Source of the DNA: an uncultured bacterium
GTDB lineage: Bacteria > Actinomycetota > Coriobacteriia > Coriobacteriales > Atopobiaceae
Length of the DNA: 64,000 nt
Direction of reading: 5' to 3'
Assembly: GCA_905214865.1 (NCBI GenBank)
Contig: CAJMNO010000005.1
Coordinates: forward strand, 51,997-115,996
Part shown: in pieces, positions 47,772-58,134 of the stretch
Layout: each line of letters opens with the position of its first letter
Numbering within the stretch: position 1 is the stretch's first letter
Translations under genes and position numbers: made by a program
Notes under the pieces: generated by a model
Databases searched by the model: none
The model's input: the letters and a program-made list of their open reading frames with translations, nothing else
What the model was told of the DNA's origin: nothing

Positions 47772-50198
47772 ATGGAACAGGACTCTCGAGCGTCCCGCGG
47801 CGATCGCGACGGCCTCACCTCCGCGGAGGTCGAGGAGCGCCGGCGCGCCGGCCTGGTAAACGTCGACGTCCTCGCGCGCACCAAGTCGGTCCCGCAGATC
47901 CTGGCCGAGCACGTCCTGACCCTCTTCAACGCCGTCAACCTCGCCCTCGCCGTGCTCGTGTGGACCACGGGGCAGTACCGCAACATGCTCTTCCTGGGCG
48001 TCGTGCTCTCCAACCTGGTGATCGGCACGTTCCAGGAGATCAGGGCAAAGCGCCTGGTCGACGCCCTGAGCATCGTCACCGCGAGCCGCGTCCGCGTGAG
48101 GCGCGACGGGCGCGAGGACCTGGTGGGGGTCGACGACCTCGTGAGGGACGACCTGGTTCTGGTGTCGCGCGGCGACCAGGTCCCCGCTGACGGCACGGTC
48201 GTGTTCGGCATCGCCACCGCGAACGAGGACCTCCTCACGGGCGAGAGCGCCCCGGTGGAGAAGGCCGTCGGCTCCGAGCTGCTGTCAGGCTCCTACCTCG
48301 ACTCGGGCAGCGTCGAGTACCGCGTCACCAGGGTGGGCGCGGACGGGTATGCGTCCCGCATAAGCTCCGAGGCAAAGCGGTGGCGGCCGCCGACCTCCGA
48401 GATCAGTGACACCCTCGCCTCTATCATCCGCCTCGCCACCTACGCCCTCGTCCCCCTTGGGCTCGGGCTCTTCCTTCGCCTCGTTCTCTCGGGGCGCTAT
48501 GGCTACGACGGCGCGGTGCTCCAGGCCGTCGCCGCGGTCGTCGGGATGATCCCGCAGGGGCTCGTCCTCCTCACCTCGGGCGTCATGGCCATCGCCACCA
48601 CGCGGCTCGCGCGGCGCAAGGTGCTCGTGCAGCAGAGCTACTGCGTCGAGACGCTCGCCCGCGTCGACGTGCTCTGCCTCGACAAGACGGGCACGCTCAC
48701 CACGGGGAGGATGGAGGTCTCCTCCTTCGCCCCCTGCGAGGGCGTTCCGCTCGACGACCTCGAGGCGGCGTGCGAGACGGTCATGGAGGCAAACCGGTCG
48801 GACGCCAACGAGACGGCGCGCGCCCTCCTCGCCCATGCCGTCTCCCGGGGCGTGCGGCCCCTCTCCTTCGTGAGGGGCATCCCCTTCTCGTCCGCCACCA
48901 AGCTCTCGGCGGCGGTCCTGGCCGACGGCGGGTGCCTCGTGGTCGGCGCCCCCCAGTTCGTCCTGCGCGACCAGCTCGGGGCGCATCGCCGGGAGCTCGA
49001 CGCGTTCGAGGCGATCGAGCGCGTGCTGTGCGTCGCCCACGCCGAGGGGCTCGACGCGACGGGCGTCCCCGAGGGCAGGGTGATGCCGCTCGGCTTCGTC
49101 GCGCTGCGCGACCAGATGAGGGCGAGCGTGGGCCAGACGGTCGCGTACTTCTCCTCCCAGGGCGTCGCCCTGAGGGTCATATCCGGAGACGACCCTCGGA
49201 CCGTCTCCGCCATCGCGGCACGCGCCGGCATCCCGGGGGCGGACAGGGCCATAGACGCCTCGCGGCTCGATTCCGCCAACCTCCCGGAGGAGGTCGACGG
49301 GGCGGTGGTGTTCGGGCGCGTCACCCCGCAGGTCAAGAAGGCGCTCGTGGCGAGGTTCCGCGCGCTCGGTCACGTGGTCGCGATGACGGGCGACGGCGTC
49401 AACGACGTCCTGGCGCTCAGGGAGTCCGACTGCGCCATCGCCATGGCGTCGGGCTCCGCCGCCACGCGCAACGTCGCGGACATCGTGCTTGCCGACAACG
49501 ACTTCGCCCGCATGCCCGAGGTGGTCGCTGAGGGCAGGAGGTCCATCAACAACCTGCAGCGCTCCGCCGCCCTCTTCCTCACCAAGACCGTCTACTCGGC
49601 CGCCCTCGCGCTCATCAGCATCCTCATCCCGCCCTACCCGTTCATCCCCATCCAGATGTCGCTCGTCTCGTCCGCCGTCATCGGGGTTCCCTCGTTCGCG
49701 CTTGCGCTCGAGCCCAACCACGACCGCCTGCGTGGCACCTTCCTGGGCAACGTCCTCTCGCACTCCATGCCCGCCTCCGCGGCGATCGTCTGCGGGCTCC
49801 TGGCTGCCATGGTCATGGCGAGGGCGTTCGGCTGGAGCGACGCGCTCCTCTCCACCGTGAGCATGATCGTCATGGCAGCGGTGGGCATAGCCCTGATCGA
49901 GCGGCTCTCGCGGCCCCTCACCCCGCTCAGGGTCGCCCTCCTCGTCTTCTCCACGTCCTACGTCCTCCTGGGCATCACCGTGTTCCGCGACTTCTTCCTG
50001 GTGGCTCCGATGGATTACGTCACGGGAATAGTTTGTGTGGTCACGGTGGCCTGCGCCATAATCCTGTTCGAGTTTCTGTACGCGAAGCGCGAACTATGGT
50101 CCGAGGGGTCGGCCCTAGGCAGGCTCCTCTCTCGGGGAATGGAGATGCTCGATGGCAGCAGAGGAAACGCAGGGGGAGTTCGCGGCCGCCGTCCGTGA
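47772..50198 (+). CDS. Cation-translocating P-type ATPase (P2/P3-like)
   Basis: 'DKTGTLT' phosphorylation motif, 'TGDGVNDVLAL' hinge, 10 TM helices. Confidence 0.8.
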   Translation: MEQDSRASRGDRDGLTSAEVEERRRAGLVNVDVLARTKSVPQILAEHVLTLFNAVNLALAVLVWTTGQYRNMLFLGVVLSNLVIGTFQEIRAKRLVDALSIVTASRVRVRRDGREDLVGVDDLVRDDLVLVSRGDQVPADGTVVFGIATANEDLLTGESAPVEKAVGSELLSGSYLDSGSVEYRVTRVGADGYASRISSEAKRWRPPTSEISDTLASIIRLATYALVPLGLGLFLRLVLSGRYGYDGAVLQAVAAVVGMIPQGLVLLTSGVMAIATTRLARRKVLVQQSYCVETLARVDVLCLDKTGTLTTGRMEVSSFAPCEGVPLDDLEAACETVMEANRSDANETARALLAHAVSRGVRPLSFVRGIPFSSATKLSAAVLADGGCLVVGAPQFVLRDQLGAHRRELDAFEAIERVLCVAHAEGLDATGVPEGRVMPLGFVALRDQMRASVGQTVAYFSSQGVALRVISGDDPRTVSAIAARAGIPGADRAIDASRLDSANLPEEVDGAVVFGRVTPQVKKALVARFRALGHVVAMTGDGVNDVLALRESDCAIAMASGSAATRNVADIVLADNDFARMPEVVAEGRRSINNLQRSAALFLTKTVYSAALALISILIPPYPFIPIQMSLVSSAVIGVPSFALALEPNHDRLRGTFLGNVLSHSMPASAAIVCGLLAAMVMARAFGWSDALLSTVSMIVMAAVGIALIERLSRPLTPLRVALLVFSTSYVLLGITVFRDFFLVAPMDYVTGIVCVVTVACAIILFEFLYAKRELWSEGSALGRLLSRGMEMLDGSRGNAGGVRGRRP

Positions 50199-52842
50199 GG
50201 CCAGGAGGCCCAGGCGGCTTGAGGCGGGCGGCATCACGAGGCTCGCCTACGACGTGTCCGGCATCCCGGGTGCCTCGCGGCTCCCGCGCGCCCTCGTCGT
50301 CCTCCTCGAGAACTGCGTCCGCCGAGCGCCGAGCGACGAGGAGGCCGTGCGCCTCGCCCGCCGCGTCGTCGAGGCGGGCCTCGCGGGGGCGCAGGGCGAG
50401 GAGATCGACTACATGCCGTCGCGCGTCCTGTTCCAGGACTTCACGGGCGTGCCCGTGTTCGTGGACTTCGCCTCCATGCGCGACGCCATGGTCAAGAGGG
50501 GAGGGGACGCCTCCAAGGTAAGCCCCAAGGTGCCCTGCACCCTGGTGGTGGACCACTCGGTCATCGCCGACGTGGCGGGCACCCCGGACGCGGCGGAGAG
50601 GAACCTCTCCATCGAGGCCAGGCGCAACCGCGAGCGCTTCTCGTTCCTCAAGTGGGCGGCGCACTCCTTCGACAACGTCAGGATCGTCCCCCCCGGAGAG
50701 GGCATCTGCCACCAGCTCAACATCGAGCGGTTCTGCAAGGTCGTCTCGACCGACACGCTTGCAGACGCGGGGCAGGACGTCGCCTGCTTCGACACGCTGG
50801 TGGGGACCGACTCGCACACCACGACCGCAAACGGCCTGGGCGTGCTCGCCTGGGGCGTGGGCGGCATCGAGGCGGAGGCCGCGGCGCTCGGCCAGCCGAT
50901 CTCGATGCTCGTGCCCCCCGTGGTGGAGCTCAGGCTCACCGGGCGGCTGCGCGACGGCGTGAGCGGCATGGACCTCGCCCTCACCGTGGCCCAGGCGCTG
51001 AGGGCCGCCGGCGTCGTGGGCTGCCTGGTGGAGGTGACGGGGGACGGCGTCGCCACCCTCAGCGCCACGCAGCGGGCCTGCGTCGCCAACATGACGCCCG
51101 AGTACGGCGCCACCACGACCCTCTTCCCCGTGGACGACCAGGCGGTGAGCTACCTCGCCCTGACCGGCAGGGATGCGGGCGAGATCGAGTTCGCCCAGGC
51201 ATACCTGCGCATGGAGGGCGTCCTCGGGGCGACCTCCGGGCGCGTCTACTCCCGCACGGTCGAGCTGGACCTCTCCGAGGTCGAGACGAGCCTGGCCGGC
51301 CCCTCCCGGCCCCACGCCCGCGTCACGCCCGCCGGCCTGAGGGAGCGCTTCCGCTCCTCGCTCGCCGAGCACGGCAGGTCCATGTCCGACGAAGCGGCCA
51401 CGCTCCGCTTTGGGGACGACGAGGTGACGCTGCGCCACGGCGCCATCGCCATCGCCGCCATCACCAGCTGCACCACCGCCACCGACCCCGCCATGATGGT
51501 CGCGGCCGGCCTCCTCGCGCGCAACGCCGTGGAGCGCGGGCTCCAGCCCCTGCCCTGGGTCAAGAAGGTCCTCGCGCCCGGCAGCCACTCCACCTCGCTC
51601 ATGCTCGCGCGCGCCGGTCTCCTCGAGCCTCTCGCCAAGCTGGGCTTCCACGTCTGCGGGTTTGGGTGCATGAGCTGCATCGGCAACTCCGGCAGCATCG
51701 CGCCCCAGCTCCACGGGGTCGCCGACCGCCTCGAGCTCACGAGCGTGCTCTCGGGCAACAGGAACTTCGACGGGCGCATCTCGCCCGACGTCAGCCAGAA
51801 CTACCTCTGCGAGCCGGCGCTCGTGGTGGCCTACTCCCTCGCCGGGACCATGGACTGCGACCTCTCCCGCGAGCCCGTGGGGGAGGGCGCGAACGGCCCC
51901 GTGTCCCTCTCCGACCTCATGCCGAGCGACGAGGAGGTGCGCCGGGTGCTCGACCGGGTCCTGACCTCGGAGCTCTTCGACGAGGGCGGCAAGGGCCTGT
52001 GGACAGGCTCAAGCACCTGGGCGGACATCGACGCGCCCTCGTCCCGCACCTTCGACTGGGACGACGAGTCCACGTACGTCAGGCGCGCTCCCTACTTTGA
52101 CGACGCGGTCGCCTCTCCCGTCATACGGGTCAGCGGCGCGAGGGCGCTCGCCCTTCTCGGCGACTTCGTGACCACCGACCACATCTCCCCGGCGGGCGCC
52201 ATCGCCGCGGACTCGCCGGCCGCGCGCTACCTCCGCGAGCATGGCGTGGAGGACAAGGACTTCAACACCTATGGCAGCCGCAGGGGCAACCACGAGGTCA
52301 TGGTCAGGGGGACCTTCGCCAACGTCAAGCTCCAGAACGCCCTTGCCGACGGCAGGAGCGGCGGCTGGACCCGCGACTTCCTGGACGGGGAGGTCAAGAG
52401 CATCTTCGACGCTGCCGAGGACTATCGCGGGGGCGGCGTGCCCCTCGTGGTGGTGGCGGGCAAGATGTACGGTTCGGGCTCCAGCCGCGACTGGGCGGGC
52501 AAGGGGCCGGCGCTGCTGGGCGTCCGTGCGGTCATCGCCCAGAGCTTCGAGCGCATCCACCGCTCCAACCTCGTCCAGATGGGCATCCTGCCCCTCCAGT
52601 TCCTCGAGGGGCAGAGCGCGCAGTCGCTGGGCCTGGACGGGTCGGAGACCTTCGACGTCTCGCCGGTCGACGTCTCCGGCGGGCTCCCCGCGAGCCGCGA
52701 GTGCGAGGTCGTCGCGCGCAAGGGCGACGGGCGAGAGGTGAGGTTCCGCTGCGTCGTGAGGGTTGACACCCCCATGGAGGGCAGCTACGTTGCCGCCGGC
52801 GGCATTCTCCCCTTCGTCCTCGACGAGCTCGTCGGGGCCTAG
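50152..52842 (+). CDS. acnA: Aconitate hydratase A
   Basis: 'QDFTGVP', 'VPPGEGICHQ' and Cys ligands 'CTT...CMSC'; ATG overlaps the ATPase 3' end by 47 nt. Confidence 0.85.
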   Translation: MAAEETQGEFAAAVREARRPRRLEAGGITRLAYDVSGIPGASRLPRALVVLLENCVRRAPSDEEAVRLARRVVEAGLAGAQGEEIDYMPSRVLFQDFTGVPVFVDFASMRDAMVKRGGDASKVSPKVPCTLVVDHSVIADVAGTPDAAERNLSIEARRNRERFSFLKWAAHSFDNVRIVPPGEGICHQLNIERFCKVVSTDTLADAGQDVACFDTLVGTDSHTTTANGLGVLAWGVGGIEAEAAALGQPISMLVPPVVELRLTGRLRDGVSGMDLALTVAQALRAAGVVGCLVEVTGDGVATLSATQRACVANMTPEYGATTTLFPVDDQAVSYLALTGRDAGEIEFAQAYLRMEGVLGATSGRVYSRTVELDLSEVETSLAGPSRPHARVTPAGLRERFRSSLAEHGRSMSDEAATLRFGDDEVTLRHGAIAIAAITSCTTATDPAMMVAAGLLARNAVERGLQPLPWVKKVLAPGSHSTSLMLARAGLLEPLAKLGFHVCGFGCMSCIGNSGSIAPQLHGVADRLELTSVLSGNRNFDGRISPDVSQNYLCEPALVVAYSLAGTMDCDLSREPVGEGANGPVSLSDLMPSDEEVRRVLDRVLTSELFDEGGKGLWTGSSTWADIDAPSSRTFDWDDESTYVRRAPYFDDAVASPVIRVSGARALALLGDFVTTDHISPAGAIAADSPAARYLREHGVEDKDFNTYGSRRGNHEVMVRGTFANVKLQNALADGRSGGWTRDFLDGEVKSIFDAAEDYRGGGVPLVVVAGKMYGSGSSRDWAGKGPALLGVRAVIAQSFERIHRSNLVQMGILPLQFLEGQSAQSLGLDGSETFDVSPVDVSGGLPASRECEVVARKGDGREVRFRCVVRVDTPMEGSYVAAGGILPFVLDELVGA

Positions 52843-52866
52843 CGGGATGCCGAGGGGAGGAGAAGC

Positions 52867-53880
52867 TTGATCTGTCCCAACTGCGGGTCCAACGTTCCCG
52901 ATGACTCGCGCCGGTGCCCGGCGTGCCATGCCGACCTCACGCGCTCCGTGGTGGCGTCACGCCCCCAGGGCACGTGGTGCCCCAGGTGCGGCGCGCTTGT
53001 GCCCGACGGGGAGGAGGCGTGCCCCAACTGCGGCACGCCCGTCCTCGGCGACGATGCCGCCGAGGAGGCCAAGGATGAGGGGCGTGCGTGCGTGCCCCCC
53101 GTTCCCCAGGGGGAAGACGACGCGGATGGCCCCTCCGAGGCGGAGGAGACCCACGCCATGCCCCGCATCGAGAGCGCCATCCCCTCCGAGGGCGAGGACG
53201 ACGAGGTGGGGATGCGCGACCGCTTCCCGCGCGCCCGCGTCCTCACCGTCGCCCTCGGCGCCGCCGTCGTGATGATCGTGGGCCTGGCCCTCGTCATCAC
53301 CCACCCCTGGAACCCGGACGCACTCGACGACCGCGCAAAGACGGACGCCGACACGTCGATGGCGGGCTACCCCGGCTACGTGAGCGCCCTTCAGGGCCAG
53401 GACAACGCCTCGGACAGCTCGGACAGCGCCATCCAGAGCGGCGACGGCGCCTCGCTCTCGAAGCTCCACGACATCTGGAAGCAGATGGGCGAGCTCGAGG
53501 CGAAGGCGGACGCGAGCCAGGAGGACTACGACAAGTACTACCTCACCGGCACCGCCGACCAGAGGTCCGAGGGCAAGGTGAGCGCGGAGCAGCTCTCGTA
53601 CGACATCAGCAACCTCATCTCCTCGATCGACGACGTGGACGTAACCTCGGGCACCTACGCGGACACCGCCGACAACCTCAGAACGCTCGGCAACTGGCTC
53701 AGGAACAGGATCGACTTCCTCAAGGCGGGGTGGCAGAAGGACGCGAGCTACGACCAGCCGCAGGACCACGAGGACGAGCTCTCGTCCTACAGCACCTCGT
53801 CCGGCACCACGCTGGGGGAGTCCTACAAGCAGAACTTCGAGGACAAGTACTCGGACTGGGAGCCCAAGCAGGTCTCATAG
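52867..53880 (+). CDS. Double zinc-ribbon, single-pass membrane protein (hypothetical)
   Basis: Two 'CPxCG...CPxC' ribbons (MICPNCG...CPACH; WCPRCG...CPNCG), one TM helix 'VLTVALGAAVVMIVGLALVI', acidic extracytoplasmic domain. Confidence 0.5.
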   Translation: MICPNCGSNVPDDSRRCPACHADLTRSVVASRPQGTWCPRCGALVPDGEEACPNCGTPVLGDDAAEEAKDEGRACVPPVPQGEDDADGPSEAEETHAMPRIESAIPSEGEDDEVGMRDRFPRARVLTVALGAAVVMIVGLALVITHPWNPDALDDRAKTDADTSMAGYPGYVSALQGQDNASDSSDSAIQSGDGASLSKLHDIWKQMGELEAKADASQEDYDKYYLTGTADQRSEGKVSAEQLSYDISNLISSIDDVDVTSGTYADTADNLRTLGNWLRNRIDFLKAGWQKDASYDQPQDHEDELSSYSTSSGTTLGESYKQNFEDKYSDWEPKQVS

Positions 53881-54030
53881 GCCCCCCGAGGGGTCCTCGC
53901 GGGTGTCCTTGACGCTTCCCAAGCGTGTTGCCTCCTGCCGAATGTGTGAAACCCACGGGCTACTGGTAGAATTAGCGAGCTAGGCAGTGAGAAGTCCGTA
54001 CGTGCCACGCACGTCCCGGGAGGAGAAGCA

Positions 54031-54576
54031 ATGGGATTCTTCGGTGAGCCCCTCTATACGCCTGACTACAAGCCGCAGGGTGACGAGGTCGCCGTGTTCG
54101 ACACGAGCAAGGGGACCATCAGGGTCAGGCTCGACGCCAAGGGCGCGCCCATCCACGTCGCGAACTTCTGCGAGCTCGCCTCCGCCGGGTTCTACGACGG
54201 CCTCAAGTTCCACCGCTACGTCCCGGGCTTCGTGATCCAGGGCGGGTGCCCCAACACCCGCGACATGGCCCCCGAGGACGTCGCGGCTGGCAAGCCCGGC
54301 CCCGACGGCATGCCCGGGACGGGCGGTCCCGGCTACCGCATCAGGGAGGAGTTCTCGACCAACCCCAACAACAGCCACGTGGACGGCGCGCTCGCGATGG
54401 CCCGCGCGCAGGACCCCAACTCCGCGGGGTCGCAGTTCTACTTCTGCCTTGGCCCGCAGCACATGCTCGACTCGGGATACACCGTGTTCGGCACCACCAT
54501 CGAGGGCCTTGACGTCATCTCGAGCCTCAGGGCGGGCGACGTCATCAACAGCGTGAGGATCGCCCACGAGGCGTAG
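54031..54576 (+). CDS. ppiB: Peptidyl-prolyl cis-trans isomerase (cyclophilin type)
   Basis: 'FHRYVPGFVIQGG' and 'SQFYFCL' motifs. Confidence 0.85.
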   Translation: MGFFGEPLYTPDYKPQGDEVAVFDTSKGTIRVRLDAKGAPIHVANFCELASAGFYDGLKFHRYVPGFVIQGGCPNTRDMAPEDVAAGKPGPDGMPGTGGPGYRIREEFSTNPNNSHVDGALAMARAQDPNSAGSQFYFCLGPQHMLDSGYTVFGTTIEGLDVISSLRAGDVINSVRIAHEA

Positions 54577-54609
54577 TTTCGACAGCACAGACGCAATAGA
54601 GGAGCAACC

Positions 54610-56031
54610 GTGAATCAGCAGGCATTCGAGGCGGGTAGGAACGCGTATAGGCAGGGCGACCTCATGGGCGCCGTGGCCCAGCTATCGGCGGCAAAGGGCC
54701 CGGGCGAGGTCTCTGGCTCCGTCGACCACCTCCTGGGGAACTGCCTCATGAAGCTCGGCCGCTACGCCGAGGCGGCGGACTCCTACGGCGACGCGCTGAG
54801 GGACGGCTCCTATGGGCACAAGGGCGCCCTCGCCTGCAACCGCGGTCGCGCGCTCCTCGCCGCTGGCAAGGTGCAGGAGGCCATCGCCTCGCTCACGCTC
54901 GCGACCAAGGACAGCGAGTACCCCACCCCCTACAAGGCCTACGTCGCCCTGGGCAATGCCTACAAGAAGATGGGCAACGTGCGAGAGGCGGGTGTCGCCT
55001 TCCGCAACGCGGCCATCGACGAGACCAACCCCGACCCTGCCAGCGCCCTCAGGGAGCTTGGCGGCTGCTTCATGCAGATGGGACGTGCGGTCGACGCGGT
55101 GGAGGCCTACCGCACCGCGCTCGACTTCTCGACGCCCCTCCAGAACCAGAACGCCATCTACGGCGACCTCGGCCTTGCGTACGTTGCGGCCAACAGGATG
55201 TCCGAGGCGGTCGACGCCTTCAACCACGCGACCTCCGACGGCAGCTACAAGCTCCAGCCCGAGGCCCAGGCGGCCTTCGACGCTGCCAAGAAGGCGGTCG
55301 CGGCGATCGCGGGCGACGGCCCGTCCGAGACCGACGCCTTCCTCGCGGCGGCGGGCTATGGCACCGGTGCCTACGACCCCCTCGACCCCACGGGCGCCAC
55401 GGGCGACATCATGCCCTCTCCCGAGGACACCGGGTTCTTCTCCGTGAGCGAGGAGGACCTCGAGCGCAAGGAGAAGTCGGAGCGCAAGGTGCGCCGCAAG
55501 CGTAAGCACCGCGGTCTCAAGGTGTTCCTCGTGATCCTGCTCATCCTCGTCCTCCTCGGTGGTGCGGGCGCTTTTGCCTACTCCCGCGGCTACGGCTGGC
55601 CCATGCAGGACGAGGTCGTTCAGCAGATGTTCTCCGCCAACGCCTCGGGCGACGACATCAGCCAGTTCCTGAGCTCCTCTCTCTCCAGCGACCAGGCTTC
55701 CGAGATCAAGTCGCTCCTGCCCACTGGTGACACGTCCGTGACCATCGACGGGGTGGACCGCTCCATGGCAGAGTCCACCGTCCTTGCCACCGCCAAGCTC
55801 GCGGCGGGCGGCACCCAGACCTACACCATCAAGCTCGTCCGCGACGGCATCAGCTGGAAGGTGAGCGACGTCTCCGCCACCTACGCCTCGCAGTCGGATG
55901 GCAGCGCCTCTCTCACCTCCTCCAACACCGGCGCCGCGGACTCCAGCGTCACCTCCGCAAGCTCCGCCTCCTCGGACAGCTCCTCCACGACCAGCGGGAC
56001 CACCACCTCCGGAACCATCTCCGGGGAGTAG
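54610..56031 (+). CDS. TPR-repeat membrane protein with Ser/Thr-rich C-terminal tail
   Basis: Multiple TPR-like helices, basic stretch 'KVRRKRKHRG' then a TM helix, S/T-rich end; GTG start with RBS GAGGAG. Confidence 0.5.
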   Translation: MNQQAFEAGRNAYRQGDLMGAVAQLSAAKGPGEVSGSVDHLLGNCLMKLGRYAEAADSYGDALRDGSYGHKGALACNRGRALLAAGKVQEAIASLTLATKDSEYPTPYKAYVALGNAYKKMGNVREAGVAFRNAAIDETNPDPASALRELGGCFMQMGRAVDAVEAYRTALDFSTPLQNQNAIYGDLGLAYVAANRMSEAVDAFNHATSDGSYKLQPEAQAAFDAAKKAVAAIAGDGPSETDAFLAAAGYGTGAYDPLDPTGATGDIMPSPEDTGFFSVSEEDLERKEKSERKVRRKRKHRGLKVFLVILLILVLLGGAGAFAYSRGYGWPMQDEVVQQMFSANASGDDISQFLSSSLSSDQASEIKSLLPTGDTSVTIDGVDRSMAESTVLATAKLAAGGTQTYTIKLVRDGISWKVSDVSATYASQSDGSASLTSSNTGAADSSVTSASSASSDSSSTTSGTTTSGTISGE

Positions 56032-56087
56032 CGATACACTATTCACGCGTCCGCCGCGGGCGCGTCATGCGATAGGAACAGGGAGAA

Positions 56088-57134
56088 ATGTCGTTTCTTG
56101 ACTCACTCTTCGGGGAATACGACGGTGACCTGGCAATCGACCTCGGCACCGCGAACACCCTCGTCGCCGTTCGAGGCCAGGGCATCGTCCTGAACGAGCC
56201 CTCAGTCGTGGCCATCGACCAGAGCGCCGACAGGGTGCTTGCCGTTGGCGCCGACGCCAAGCGCATGATTGGCCGCACCCCTGGTTCCATCATCGCCGAG
56301 CGCCCGCTCAAGGATGGCGTCATCGCCGACTTCGATGTCACGGAGGTCATGCTCCGGTACTTCATCGAGAAGGCGCGCGGCACCAGGCGCTACCCCTGGT
56401 CGCCGCGTCCCCGCGTCGTCGTCTGCGTCCCGTCGGGCGTCACCTCGGTCGAGAAGCGCGCCGTCTTCGAGGCGACCATCTCCGCTGGCGCTCGCCAGGC
56501 GTACCTCATCGAGGAGCCCATGGCCGCCGCCATCGGCGCTGACCTTCCCATCGAGGATCCCACGGGCTCCATGGTCGTCGACATCGGCGGAGGCACCACC
56601 GAGGTCGCCGTCATCGCCATGGGCGGCATCGTCGTGTCGCAGTCGATCAGGACTGCCGGTGACGAGTTTGACCAGACCATCCTCGAGCACGTCCGCGACG
56701 CCTACAACCTCTCCATCGGCGAGAGGACCGCGGAGGACATCAAGATCAAGGTCGGCTCGGCAGCCCCCCTCGCGGAGGAGCTCGACGTCGAGGTCAATGG
56801 GCGCGACGTCATGAGCGGCCTGCCCAAGACTGTCCGCATCGAGAGCGAGGAGATCCGCCGCGCGCTCGACAAGCCCCTCGACGAGGTCACCAAGGCCGTC
56901 AAGGACGCACTGGACGTCACGCCGCCCGACCTCGCCAGCGACCTCATGTACTATGGCGTGCTCCTCACCGGGGGCGGAGGGCTCCTCCGCGGGCTCGACC
57001 AGCGACTCAGGGACGAGACGGGCGTCCCGGTGAACGTCAGCCCCACCGCGCTGGAGAACGTGGTCAACGGGTGCGCGAAGGTCCTCGAGGCCAACGCGCT
57101 CTCGGGTGGCTTCGTCCAGAGCGCCGGCCTGTAG
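56088..57134 (+). CDS. mreB: Rod shape-determining protein MreB
   Basis: 'IDLGTANTLV' and 'VVDIGGGTTEVAV' actin-fold motifs. Confidence 0.9.
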   Translation: MSFLDSLFGEYDGDLAIDLGTANTLVAVRGQGIVLNEPSVVAIDQSADRVLAVGADAKRMIGRTPGSIIAERPLKDGVIADFDVTEVMLRYFIEKARGTRRYPWSPRPRVVVCVPSGVTSVEKRAVFEATISAGARQAYLIEEPMAAAIGADLPIEDPTGSMVVDIGGGTTEVAVIAMGGIVVSQSIRTAGDEFDQTILEHVRDAYNLSIGERTAEDIKIKVGSAAPLAEELDVEVNGRDVMSGLPKTVRIESEEIRRALDKPLDEVTKAVKDALDVTPPDLASDLMYYGVLLTGGGGLLRGLDQRLRDETGVPVNVSPTALENVVNGCAKVLEANALSGGFVQSAGL

Positions 57135-57144
57135 GGTAGCCGGC

Positions 57145-58125
57145 ATGCCTTTGGGAGGAAACGGCCTCAAGGGCGCGCCCGGGGTGAGGAGGAACGAGCC
57201 AAACTCCGGCATGCGCCTCATGATCGTGCTCACTGCGGTATCCATCGTGCTGTTCACCTTTGGCGCGCGCGAGTCCAGCGGCGGTGGCGTCTTCACCACC
57301 ATCCGTGGCGCCGTCTCGGTCGTCACCACGCCGGTGCGCTACCTGGGCGCCGCCGTCACGGCACCGTTCCAGGGCCTGGGCAACATCTTCTCCAACCTCA
57401 CCGCCAACCAGGAGACCCTCTCGGACCTCAAAGCAGAGAACGAGAAGCTGCAGGCAGAGAACAGCAAGCTCCAGGAGTCGCAGAAGACCGCCGAGAGGCT
57501 CGAGAGCCTCCTCGCGCTGCAGAGCACCTACAACCTCACGTCGGTCGCCGCCCGCGTTATCTCTGGCCCCACCGACTCGTGGAGCCAGTCGGTGACCATC
57601 GACAAGGGCACCACCTCGGGGCTGGCCGTCGGCATGGCGGTCACCGACTCCAACGGGGTGTTGGGCCAGATAACCGAGTGCGGCGCCACGTCGGCGACCG
57701 TTCGCCTCATCACCGACGAGAACTCCGGCGTGTCGTGCATGATCCAGTCCACGCGTGCCCAGGGCATGCTCAAGGGTTCCGCCGACGGCTCGCTGAGCCT
57801 CACGCTCGTCTCGGTTGACCAGACCGTGAAGGTGGGGGACAACGTGGTCACCAGCGGCTTGGGTGGGGTATATCCCAAGGGGCTGCCCGTCGGCAAGGTC
57901 ACCAGCGTGAGCAAGACCAACGGGGGCCTGTACTACGACATCGACGTCCAGCCGCTCGCCTCAACCTCCACGACCGAGGAGGTTCTTGTCATCACCTCGT
58001 TGAGCGAGGACCAGAAGGCGAGCTCGGAGGACATCTCCTCTGCCGACGCCCAGGACACCACGACCTCAGCGTCGTCCGCGTCCTCGGACAGCTCCGCCGA
58101 CTCCAGCGCGAGCACCGGCCAGTAG
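57145..58125 (+). CDS. mreC: Rod shape-determining protein MreC
   Basis: TM helix then coiled coil 'LKAENEKLQAENSKLQ' and beta domains; start uncertain (57145 or 57211). Confidence 0.7.
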   Translation: MPLGGNGLKGAPGVRRNEPNSGMRLMIVLTAVSIVLFTFGARESSGGGVFTTIRGAVSVVTTPVRYLGAAVTAPFQGLGNIFSNLTANQETLSDLKAENEKLQAENSKLQESQKTAERLESLLALQSTYNLTSVAARVISGPTDSWSQSVTIDKGTTSGLAVGMAVTDSNGVLGQITECGATSATVRLITDENSGVSCMIQSTRAQGMLKGSADGSLSLTLVSVDQTVKVGDNVVTSGLGGVYPKGLPVGKVTSVSKTNGGLYYDIDVQPLASTSTTEEVLVITSLSEDQKASSEDISSADAQDTTTSASSASSDSSADSSASTGQ

Positions 58126-58134
58126 GGAGGCACC

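Noticed and set aside
57106-57144. mreC start at the ORF-track position 57106 (overlapping mreB)
   Set aside because: It would overlap the mreB 3' end by 29 nt with no RBS. The start at 57145 (or 57211) fits the usual short cytoplasmic N-terminus followed by a TM helix better, but remains uncertain.
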